DNA of 64,000 nt from an uncultured virus (IMG/VR IMGVR_UViG_3300024946_000002) (Duplodnaviria > Heunggongvirae > Uroviricota > Caudoviricetes): the IMG/VR virus record IMGVR_UViG_3300024946_000002. One strand, written 5' to 3'. The notes under the pieces were generated by a model. The model did no database searches. It had not been told where the DNA came from and saw only the letters and a list, made by a program, of their open reading frames with translations. Made by a program: the position numbers and the translations under genes. This document shows positions 56,467 through 64,000 of the stretch, piece after piece. Position 1 is the first letter of the stretch. Each line of letters opens with the position of its first letter.

Positions 56467-57084
56467 TTAATTCATATTTGGGAACATAATGCTTGCGGTA
56501 GATTTGGTATCTTTTGCAGTACCATTGCTAATCACAAGCGCGTCATTACTTACCGACTTACCAATGTTGTAAAAAGCTTTCACGATCGCAGGGTGGTTTC
56601 CAAAGCCTGTTGATTGCAGTAAATCTTTCAAGTCTTGACCGCCAAACTTGTCAAGCGCCTGTTTAGCCAGTGCAATGTTTTCATCAAACTTTTCACCGCC
56701 TAACTCTTTATCTGCTTTCACATCCTCTGCCCATTGATCTACTTGCGTCTGCCATTGGTCTGCTTGTTGCTGTTGCATCTTCACGCCCAAATCAGCGAAT
56801 TTCTGCGCAGCGTCTTTGCTTAAACCGTTCTCTTTCGCAAGTGCCTTTAATTCACCAGCCAGTTCCTCATTTGCGGTAAAGCCCTCAGGTAAAGTGAAGT
56901 CGTAATCAACATCATTTGGCTGGTTCTCAGCCGTTGAATCTTCACTCTTTGAACCATCTTCCTGCGTGTCGGTAGTTGCAGTGGATGTTTCGGCTTGTGC
57001 TTCTGTGGCCTGCAAGGTTGTAGCGTCTGCACTAGCTTCAGCGTTGGTGTCACCCTGAGCTGTTGCTGTATCTTCAGTTGCCAT
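56467..57084 (-). CDS. Scaffolding protein
   Basis: Acidic N-terminus, YDFTLPEG, DKELGG, GNHP. Confidence 0.75.
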   Translation of the reverse strand: MATEDTATAQGDTNAEASADATTLQATEAQAETSTATTDTQEDGSKSEDSTAENQPNDVDYDFTLPEGFTANEELAGELKALAKENGLSKDAAQKFADLGVKMQQQQADQWQTQVDQWAEDVKADKELGGEKFDENIALAKQALDKFGGQDLKDLLQSTGFGNHPAIVKAFYNIGKSVSNDALVISNGTAKDTKSTASIMFPNMN

Positions 57085-57382
57085 CTTCTTTAAACTCCTT
57101 TAGTAAATTAGCGTAGCTGTCAGGTGATACCGCTTGCACTTCTGCAATCACGTATTGCCCAACATTCATTTCACCGCACCGAAAATACGTTTCACTGTTG
57201 CCAGTGAATGGGTTGCGATATACGCCTGTTTTAGCAAGCAGCCTGTTAATCACTCTGCGACCTCTCTGATCGCTCAATACAAAACGCAAATCTTCAAGCT
57301 CTTTTGCACGCTTGTTCTTTTGCTCTTTGCTGGTATCAGTGGATATGTCAGCGCTTAATGGGTCGTAGTCTTGCTTGCTCAT
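57074..57382 (-). CDS. Bbp19-like protein
   Basis: DLRFVLSDQRGRR...TGVYR..FTGNS.TYF..G; start trimmed to MSKQDYDP. Confidence 0.72.
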   Translation of the reverse strand: MSKQDYDPLSADISTDTSKEQKNKRAKELEDLRFVLSDQRGRRVINRLLAKTGVYRNPFTGNSETYFRCGEMNVGQYVIAEVQAVSPDSYANLLKEFKEDGN

Positions 57383-57388
57383 GACTAA

Positions 57389-57422
57389 AGAATAAAGCCA
57401 ATAAAAAAAGGTAAACGCACCC
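57389..57422 (-). promoter_or_regulatory. Phage B late promoter motif
   Basis: GGGTGCGTTT-N18-TATTCT, ATG 6 nt further. Confidence 0.68.
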
Positions 57423-57432
57423 CTATAGACGT

Positions 57433-57457
57433 AAAAAAAGCCCACCGAAGTGAGCTT
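57433..57457 (-). terminator. Intrinsic terminator
   Basis: AAGCTCAC-TTCG-GTGGGCTT plus T run. Confidence 0.82.
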
Positions 57458-57475
57458 GATTTAATCTAACTTGTA

Positions 57476-57730
57476 CTAGACGAGTTTTCGATAAAAGAAT
57501 GTAACGTTTAATGTGCCGCCGATAGTGGCATGCAAACCATTAACACCATTGGCAGGAAATTGATGAAAGCCTACTGCTGGCGTGATTGTGCCACCTAGTG
57601 CTGTGCCACTTGCACCGCCACTTTTTAAAACAATCGTGCCTGATGTTGTGCTATTCACATAAAACCCAATCAGATCAGAGTGAACAGTAGAAATGTCACC
57701 TGTCGCTGTTAAATTAGTTGATAAAGACAT
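57476..57730 (-). CDS. Hypothetical small beta-rich protein
   Basis: 84 aa with AGGAG RBS. Confidence 0.7.
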   Translation of the reverse strand: MSLSTNLTATGDISTVHSDLIGFYVNSTTSGTIVLKSGGASGTALGGTITPAVGFHQFPANGVNGLHATIGGTLNVTFFYRKLV

Positions 57731-57744
57731 TTTATTACTCCTAG

Positions 57745-59418
57745 TTATGTTGTATAGCCAGTAAGGCCTTGCATGACATCTGCTAAAGCGTTGCTGTTAC
57801 CTGCTTCAGTTTCAATGCTTCCAATCTTTGCGGCAGCATCAGCCATCGGTTGCATCATTGCCATTTGTTGCTGTTGCGCCATTTGCTCTTGCCTGCTCTT
57901 GCGAATGATTGCCACCTTATCATCGGCAACCAATACGCTTGGATCAACACCTAATCGCTGTGCATACACATCGGCAAACTGGTCAGCATCAAACTTATCA
58001 AGCACATCTGGTTTCATTTGCGCAATTGAGCCTATTGTCATTGCGTAGCGGTCAAGCGAACCTAAGCCGACTAATTGCTGAGCCTGTGCCAATGTAGAAA
58101 CAAAGTCAACTTGCAAGTTTTGGCCTGATAGCTCTGGTGGCGCAGGTGGCAATATGCCTGCTTGTACCATTCTGGCAAACGTTATATCAATGAGTGGATT
58201 AAGCATTTCATTATGCAAACGCTCTAATACCGGCCCAAGCATTAGCATCTTCTCTTCATGGCGCTCTGCTACTTCGGTTGCGGTAATCCCTGAACGATTG
58301 TCATTGGCAAGCATCATGAATAAGTCTGCATAGAACGCTTGATCTATTCTGCGCTCAGTACGGTCTATGTCCATCATCAAATATTGCTGATTTAGATTGA
58401 CTTCAAACTGAGTTTTAATACCACTGTTCTGAGTACTGCTGTCGTAGTAAGCAACACCGCCAGGCAAGCTATTCACCTCTTGCCCCTTCATGTTGATAGG
58501 CACTTGAATCGGTGGTTTTGTTTGATAGTCAATGCATTGCGCATTACGAAGCTCTTTATGCTGTAATGACTTCACATCGCCTAACGCTTCCATGCCTGGT
58601 GAACTGCCATACACATCACCTTGCAATACCATCCAGCGTGGTGCTAAGCCTGGGAATTCATCAAATCCTGATTCACGCAGCACCTTGCCTCCATCTGCCG
58701 CTGCTTCAAAATAGATAGACTTGAATGCTTTGTTCTTTGCATCTTTTTTGCCGTACTCACGATCATAGCGTGGTTCAACCACATGAATGACCGTCAACCA
58801 TTGATCTAAATTGCCTGCATCATATTTATTAATCACACTGGCACTGACATTCTCTTTGCCAAATTCCTGAATCACTTGGCTAACAGTCATCGGCAGCTCA
58901 CGATAAACCGTTTTCACTTGCTGGTTTGAATCAATCGCCAATGCATACTCGCCTACCGTCATCGGGAAATGGCGCAATACATCATCAAAGTTAGGGGCAA
59001 CAAAGCTAAAGGCCGTACCGTAAGCGCCAAGCTCAAGGTACATTTGATGCAATGAGTTATAGGTATTTGAACGTGCGAATATCTCACGCATGATTTTTGA
59101 AGTCTTATCAAGCCAAGTGCGAACAGGTTCAAACTCCATTAAGTCAGTATCAGGCGTGGCCAATCTAAACCACGGCCTAGCTGGTGAAGTCATGCCTGCC
59201 ATCATGCCTGAAGCTAACGTGTTTAATGCACGTGTCGCTTTTGAGTTGATGATGTTGTTGTGTTTCTTCTTACCATTGTTACGGTCTGATTCAAAGAATC
59301 GGCCAGTGCGAGGCATGATGTGATCGCTAATCTCGCGCCAATGGGTTAAGTAACTGCTTCGCTCATTCCACAAAGCCTGCTTGCGCTTGAGGTATCGCTC
59401 TCTTTTATTTTCTTCCAT
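57745..59418 (-). CDS. Portal / head-tail connector (podoviral)
   Basis: TSPARPWFRL, YG.SPGMEALGD, TATEV.ERHEEK..MLGPV. Confidence 0.93.
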   Translation of the reverse strand: MEENKRERYLKRKQALWNERSSYLTHWREISDHIMPRTGRFFESDRNNGKKKHNNIINSKATRALNTLASGMMAGMTSPARPWFRLATPDTDLMEFEPVRTWLDKTSKIMREIFARSNTYNSLHQMYLELGAYGTAFSFVAPNFDDVLRHFPMTVGEYALAIDSNQQVKTVYRELPMTVSQVIQEFGKENVSASVINKYDAGNLDQWLTVIHVVEPRYDREYGKKDAKNKAFKSIYFEAAADGGKVLRESGFDEFPGLAPRWMVLQGDVYGSSPGMEALGDVKSLQHKELRNAQCIDYQTKPPIQVPINMKGQEVNSLPGGVAYYDSSTQNSGIKTQFEVNLNQQYLMMDIDRTERRIDQAFYADLFMMLANDNRSGITATEVAERHEEKMLMLGPVLERLHNEMLNPLIDITFARMVQAGILPPAPPELSGQNLQVDFVSTLAQAQQLVGLGSLDRYAMTIGSIAQMKPDVLDKFDADQFADVYAQRLGVDPSVLVADDKVAIIRKSRQEQMAQQQQMAMMQPMADAAAKIGSIETEAGNSNALADVMQGLTGYTT

Positions 59419-59993
59419 TATAGCAATGTCCTTCTTTGTGCATTTTGGCGAATACTTGCTGAAGCTGTGCCAGATTGATTGCCTAGTCTTAGGCTGTCTG
59501 CTGTTTTTGCTTGTTGTGTGGCTAGGCGCATATAGCCTTCTGTTCGTGAACCATTACGAAACTCTGCTAGTGGTGAGCCTTGATCCATACTGAAAACAAC
59601 CTCTGAGCCATCAACTACATCACCAGACTTGCTGGCTTCATCAAACACAAAGCCACCAACATCGATGTAATAACCTCGCTCAGCACCTGGCTGATTTACA
59701 ACGCCGCCATCCCTAGCAACAACATCTTCATACTCGTTGGAATAGCCAACTTTCTTGCGTTCTATTTCTGGGATAAAGCCTTGAACCTTGCCATTTTTAT
59801 AAACGAACTTGCTGATTGAATCGGATAGGCGCACATCAGGTGCCGCTGATGAGTACATGTAGTTGCTCATGCGTTGCTTTTGGTTTTCTTGAAACTGCCC
59901 CATTAACCCTTGATATTGGTTAACGTCAACCTTTGCGCCACCTGGCAAAGCATCAAGAGTGATAATCCCATCCTTATCCCACTTATAAGCCAT
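59418..59993 (-). CDS. Hypothetical protein
   Basis: 191 aa, coupled to the portal start. Confidence 0.7.
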   Translation of the reverse strand: MAYKWDKDGIITLDALPGGAKVDVNQYQGLMGQFQENQKQRMSNYMYSSAAPDVRLSDSISKFVYKNGKVQGFIPEIERKKVGYSNEYEDVVARDGGVVNQPGAERGYYIDVGGFVFDEASKSGDVVDGSEVVFSMDQGSPLAEFRNGSRTEGYMRLATQQAKTADSLRLGNQSGTASASIRQNAQRRTLL

Positions 59994-59995
59994 GA

Positions 59996-60217
59996 TTAGC
60001 CGCCAAGTAACGTGCTAGAACCTAGTTGGCCTTGTGGCACCATTTCACCGCCTGAGCCAGTTAAAATAGTGCCTGAGTTACCTGCGCCACCTGCTGTTTT
60101 AGAGTTGGCTACATTCTTACGTTTAAACGTTTCCTGCTCTGGTGCTTTCTCTGCTTGAGGTGGTGGCACTACTGCCGCTGGTGGCGGTATCTTTGGGCTT
60201 TTTCCTAATCCACACAT
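59996..60217 (-). CDS. Small pre-portal virion protein
   Basis: MC...Pro-rich...TILTG...TLLGG pattern; AAAGGAG RBS. Confidence 0.72.
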   Translation of the reverse strand: MCGLGKSPKIPPPAAVVPPPQAEKAPEQETFKRKNVANSKTAGGAGNSGTILTGSGGEMVPQGQLGSSTLLGG

Positions 60218-60244
60218 ACAAAACTCCTTTGATGTTATGTATGG

Positions 60245-60278
60245 ATTTTATGACTTGATTAGAAATGCAAACGCACCC
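60245..60278 (-). promoter_or_regulatory. Phage B late promoter motif
   Basis: GGGTGCGTTT-N18-TAAAAT. Confidence 0.68.
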
Positions 60279-61798
60279 TAATAGTTGGCGAGTGGGTCGT
60301 ACTCTCGGTTGTTGTTATTGACTGCACCATGCGCAAACTTCTCTATCGCGCTACGTGGTTTTTTAACGACTGGCATAGCAAAGCTTAAGCACAATGCATC
60401 TGCTTTGTTTGGTGATGGCTGTCCACGCTTCTTCATATCTTTCTTTGATTCAATCTGAATTTTACCATCGAGGCGCGGCACGGTTTCTGGACCAATCAAT
60501 TCACGGTATAACTGTTGGTCTTTTGGCAATGTGCCACCTTCTTTCAACCAATCTCGCGTTAGCTTCCACATTTCAGCACGCTTATTCAAGCATCCTGCAT
60601 CGCTTGATGCACCACTAAACCAAACAATCTGCCAATCCCTGCCCATTGTGCGCCCTGCTGAGATGATGCCAGTACCGTAACCACCATCAATGAACACTGC
60701 ATCCGCTTGATATTGATCTTCTAGCTGCGCAATGATATTAGCCACATAAATATCATTATCATTCTTAGGCATAGTCTTAAGTATTTCAAACTTTAATCCT
60801 TGGCGCATGGCAATCACAAGCTCATCGTCACCTTCCCAAGCAGGATCGCACGTAATAATGCGTGGTGCAAAATCATATTGGTCTTTGCGCAGATGCTTAT
60901 CAAAGGCATTATCAACATCATTAGTTGAAATGAATTGCTTGAGTGATAGTGAAGGGAACATGCCGCGCACACGGACTTTAACAAAGTCGCTATTCTCGCC
61001 ATAATCTTCTACCCATTCAGCAATCAGCTTCTTGTTGGTCAATTTAACTGTGCGAGAATCAACCTGCCTTGTATTCCATCGGTTACGCTGTCCATTAAAG
61101 CAGCTATGAAACTTACCGCTGTTACGTGTTGGATTGCCGAAAGCAAACACCATAGGCTCACCATCGGTTAGACCACCTTCTGCCACTTCCCAAATTACAT
61201 CAGGCACAGCAGATGCTTCATCGAAGATATAAAACGAGGTAGAGTTAGCCGCGTGCTGTCCAGCAAATGATTCTGAATTTTCTTCACGGCAGGTTTGCGC
61301 AGAGCAAAACCATGATTCAGGCGCTTCTTTGTGATAAAGCTTAGTGGTGTTGATTTCAAACCAGTGAGCAGTAATTGATAGCTTTACCCACTTTTGAATC
61401 TGCGCCCATGTTTTAGTTTCAAGCTGAGCGCCAGTGTTTGCAGTGACCGTGCCTTGTGCATAAGGTCTGGTTGACATAATCCACGATACTAACCAACCAG
61501 TCATTGCAGATTTTCCAATGCCATGACCTGAGCTTACCGCCTCACGAATCGCATCAACGGCATTCACGCCATCAAATCCGTGCGCTTTGACTTGTTTGCT
61601 GATGTTATCAAGAAACTCACACGCCCATACATCCGGGCCGTATTTACACTTGAATCTCGATTTGTATGGTTCTTCAAGCTCAACCAATTGCAATGCAGGG
61701 TTACTATCCCACGGAAATGCAAAGATAACGTAGCCTAATGCATCGTCATAATACTTTCCTATCTCACGCGCTAAATCAATATCAGCCCTACTGAACAC
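60278..61798 (-). CDS. Terminase large subunit
   Basis: SGHGIGKS, IFDEAS, GNPTRN, SPNKADAL. Confidence 0.93.
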   Translation of the reverse strand: MFSRADIDLAREIGKYYDDALGYVIFAFPWDSNPALQLVELEEPYKSRFKCKYGPDVWACEFLDNISKQVKAHGFDGVNAVDAIREAVSSGHGIGKSAMTGWLVSWIMSTRPYAQGTVTANTGAQLETKTWAQIQKWVKLSITAHWFEINTTKLYHKEAPESWFCSAQTCREENSESFAGQHAANSTSFYIFDEASAVPDVIWEVAEGGLTDGEPMVFAFGNPTRNSGKFHSCFNGQRNRWNTRQVDSRTVKLTNKKLIAEWVEDYGENSDFVKVRVRGMFPSLSLKQFISTNDVDNAFDKHLRKDQYDFAPRIITCDPAWEGDDELVIAMRQGLKFEILKTMPKNDNDIYVANIIAQLEDQYQADAVFIDGGYGTGIISAGRTMGRDWQIVWFSGASSDAGCLNKRAEMWKLTRDWLKEGGTLPKDQQLYRELIGPETVPRLDGKIQIESKKDMKKRGQPSPNKADALCLSFAMPVVKKPRSAIEKFAHGAVNNNNREYDPLANY

Positions 61799-62180
61799 GC
61801 GCTCTCGCTTTCGTTATCTCTGAAGCTAAGCTCAACTCACCTGTTAGCTCAACTTTCTCAGTAACAAAACCAAGCAACTTAGCCTTTGACATTGTTGCTT
61901 GATTAGCCGCACCAGCTTGCACAGTTTCAGCGGATAAAGCAGCCTTTCTATTCTCATCAAGCTCATTAAGAATATCATCTAGCGTTTCTTCTCTACGCTT
62001 TTGAGCGTCTATTAAGCGCTCATCAATATATGCCTTTACCTTAACACTTGTTAACAACCTAGAGGCTTGTTGCTCAGCAGTCTTGTGAGAAAATCCAGCA
62101 GCAATAGCCGCACGTTTACCGTTGCGGTCTATTAACCATTCATCTGCAAATATTTTATGATTAGGTCTTAACTTAGCCAT
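61788..62180 (-). CDS. Terminase small subunit
   Basis: F..EW.ID.NG.RAAIAAGFS.KTA..QASRLL. Confidence 0.88.
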   Translation of the reverse strand: MAKLRPNHKIFADEWLIDRNGKRAAIAAGFSHKTAEQQASRLLTSVKVKAYIDERLIDAQKRREETLDDILNELDENRKAALSAETVQAGAANQATMSKAKLLGFVTEKVELTGELSLASEITKARARVQ

Positions 62181-62436
62181 GTGTTTTACGTTTCCTAAGC
62201 ACTAACATAACCGTATGTAATGTTTCACCGCTGATAAATGCAAATGGCAATGTGTATTGAAAGTAAAAGTTACGATCTTTAACCTCTCGCTGCACTCTAA
62301 GCCACTTCATATCTATTTGCGCATTGCTATATGAAGTGATGCATACCAAACCTAAAAGATAGTGCCTGACAGTTGCGCTACCTACTATCTGATATGCAGG
62401 GCTTTCTTTACTGAAGTCTATTGCAGTAGTATTCAT
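62173..62436 (-). CDS. Hypothetical protein
   Basis: 87-aa ORF overlapping the terS start. Confidence 0.5.
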   Translation of the reverse strand: MNTTAIDFSKESPAYQIVGSATVRHYLLGLVCITSYSNAQIDMKWLRVQREVKDRNFYFQYTLPFAFISGETLHTVMLVLRKRKTHG

Positions 62437-62445
62437 AATAATTAC

Positions 62446-62479
62446 ACCCTACCCCATCCAATTAATCATTAGCGCACCC
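62446..62479 (-). promoter_or_regulatory. Phage B late promoter motif, variant
   Basis: GGGTGCGCTA-N18-TAGGGT ahead of the terminase operon. Confidence 0.5.
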
Positions 62480-62480
62480 A

Positions 62481-62843
62481 TCATATGAAACTACGATTTT
62501 TTAACATAGCATTTAATTCAATTACTGCAGCCAGCAAACCTTCTTGCGTTAAATCTTGTATTGGCGTACCCATGTAAGTAATTACCTCACCTGATTTTTT
62601 GTAATCTTCTATTTTTTCTTTGTAAATATCAGTCATGCCACTATCAACGACATATTGAAGCGATTTTGATGGTATGTTCTTGCAAGCATTCATACAAAGT
62701 ATCATTCTCTCTGCTGTTTCAATGCTCATGGAAGCACTGTATTCACCGTTTGCAGATCCATCATCAGCAACAACATTCCCTTCATTATCTTCTATTTCAA
62801 AATAACTCATTTCTTGAAACACTATTTTTAATGGATATTTCAT
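62481..62843 (-). CDS. Hypothetical protein
   Basis: 120 aa with GAGGA RBS. Confidence 0.65.
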   Translation of the reverse strand: MKYPLKIVFQEMSYFEIEDNEGNVVADDGSANGEYSASMSIETAERMILCMNACKNIPSKSLQYVVDSGMTDIYKEKIEDYKKSGEVITYMGTPIQDLTQEGLLAAVIELNAMLKNRSFI

Positions 62844-62855
62844 TTTGTCCTCTTT

Positions 62856-63044
62856 TCAATTGCACCAAGTGCGATAACTTAATATATCACGTACCGTTCT
62901 GATGCTCACTTTAGCAAGCTTTGATAGGCGCTTGTAACCCCACTGAAACACTTCATGCAGATGCCTAAGCATATCCACCTGATTTGAAGTTAATTTGTGC
63001 TTGTGATGTGATTCACCATATCTTGAATTTTTCATGCTATTCAC
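62856..63044 (-). CDS. Small HTH DNA-binding protein
   Basis: GESHHKHKLT..QV...GYKRLSKLAKVSIRTVRDI. Confidence 0.65.
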   Translation of the reverse strand: MNSMKNSRYGESHHKHKLTSNQVDMLRHLHEVFQWGYKRLSKLAKVSIRTVRDILSYRTWCN

Positions 63045-63249
63045 CCCTTAACCTATCAGGCAAAATTACCTCGTCACCACTAAAAACCATTTCATGCGCA
63101 AACTTTTTTGCACCACCAGGCAGATGTACTAAGTAGCCTTGATTCTTAATCACGGTGTAGCAGCACTTAATGCCGTTCACGATGATGACTTCTGAATCAG
63201 TCCAGCTTGATGTTTTATTGTTGAAAATGGCTTCTAGCTGTTTGTTCAT
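63037..63249 (-). CDS. Hypothetical protein
   Basis: 70-aa ORF packed in the operon. Confidence 0.55.
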   Translation of the reverse strand: MNKQLEAIFNNKTSSWTDSEVIIVNGIKCCYTVIKNQGYLVHLPGGAKKFAHEMVFSGDEVILPDRLRGE

Positions 63250-63675
63250 CTAAAACATCCCCATGGTTGATCCAATGTAAACTTTTGGCGCCTTGTGCTC
63301 CTGTCTGCGAAGCGCGTCCGTCTGCTCGTGAAGTTTAATAAGCCGCTTGTTCTTATTTGGCTGAACAATCATGTTTGGCGACCACTTAAGTTCATCTACT
63401 ACTGTTTTTTTCAATATCACGCGATTGCGCGTTTTCTCGCTTACTTGCTTAACGATTCCACCTTTAGATACGTGGTCTGCCAATGCCTGATATTGCATAG
63501 GTTTTGTGCCATCTTTAACAATGATTGCCAATCCGCTTTCAATCAACCGCCCTAAATGAGATCTGGTATTTCTATCGTGCCATCCAAAGTGAGTAGCAAT
63601 CTCTTTGCTGGTCTTTGGTGTACTTATAAAACATAAAATGTCGCTGTATCGTTGATAATTGTGATCTTTAGGCAT
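63250..63675 (-). CDS. Winged-HTH protein
   Basis: KTSKEIATHFG....TRSHLGRLIESGL. Confidence 0.6.
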   Translation of the reverse strand: MPKDHNYQRYSDILCFISTPKTSKEIATHFGWHDRNTRSHLGRLIESGLAIIVKDGTKPMQYQALADHVSKGGIVKQVSEKTRNRVILKKTVVDELKWSPNMIVQPNKNKRLIKLHEQTDALRRQEHKAPKVYIGSTMGMF

Positions 63676-64000
63676 TACGCTGCTAACCTTTCTTGTTCTT
63701 TTTTTGCTTCTTTAATCATTAATTTAAACTTTGCGATCAATTCTTTACACTCATCTACGGTGTAGCGGTGTATCTCGTTGTAGTTCTCTATAAATTCAAA
63801 TCGCTCCATGCCTATTTTCTTTATCAGTCGTGGGCGGTAATAGAATGTATTGCCGCTTAAATGCACATTGCAGTTATTGCTACATTGCTTGTGTATGTTG
63901 TCTAGGTGAAATCGCAACTGTGGTGCTGCCTTCACAGTGCGGTAATGCCCTGCATCGTATTTAATTTTTGGATTAGTCGTTCCGCAGCTGATACACGGCT
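63675..64000 (-). CDS. ninG: NinG/Rap-family endonuclease (5' end beyond the window)
   Basis: PCISCG...YDAGHYRTVKAAPQLRFHLDNIHKQC..CN.HLSGN. Confidence 0.85.
   Translation of the reverse strand, partial: PCISCGTTNPKIKYDAGHYRTVKAAPQLRFHLDNIHKQCSNNCNVHLSGNTFYYRPRLIKKIGMERFEFIENYNEIHRYTVDECKELIAKFKLMIKEAKKEQERLAA

Larger units (their letters stand above)
35844..64000 (-). mobile_element. BPP-1/T7-like podovirus (phage B) late region plus lysis/receptor module, truncated at the right edge
   Basis: Terminase, head-tail connector, capsid, tubular tail A/B, internal virion proteins, tail fibre, lysis genes and NinG, all on the minus strand. Confidence 0.9.

Noticed and set aside
57383..57445. N-terminal extension of the Bbp19-like ORF
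   Set aside because: It overlaps a terminator and the promoter motif

Overview
The whole window is temperate-phage DNA; I see no host housekeeping genes. It holds two different virion-building systems. Phage A (1 to about 34.6 kb) is a lambdoid siphovirus: J-I-K-L-M tail tip, tape measure, frameshifted chaperones, tail tube, Mu gpT-like capsid, S49 protease, lambda-type portal and GpA terminase, primase-helicase, CII/Cro/CI switch with accessory genes, C5 methyltransferase, PAPS-reductase-family gene, Xis and tyrosine integrase. The integrase is followed by a tmRNA/tRNA 3'-end att core with arm-like repeats on both sides. Phage B (about 40.1 to 64 kb, running off the window) is a BPP-1/T7-like podovirus: terminase, portal, capsid, tubular tail A/B, internal virion proteins, a 2470-aa polyvalent protein and NinG. 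Between them (35.8-40.1 kb) lies the only lysis cassette and a LamG/SPRY receptor-binding module. The tail-fibre adaptors of A and B have unrelated N-termini but identical C-terminal protein sequence. Positions 1-127 exactly repeat 40109-40235, so this module is probably shared by both phages (tandem prophages, or a collapsed assembly repeat). Other signals read from the DNA include two phage-specific late-promoter motif families, a structured switch-like RNA leader before a 47-aa basic protein, a short minigene transcript, a lambda-like cos site and a 186-like establishment promoter. All product calls come from motif recognition and gene order; no database search was run.
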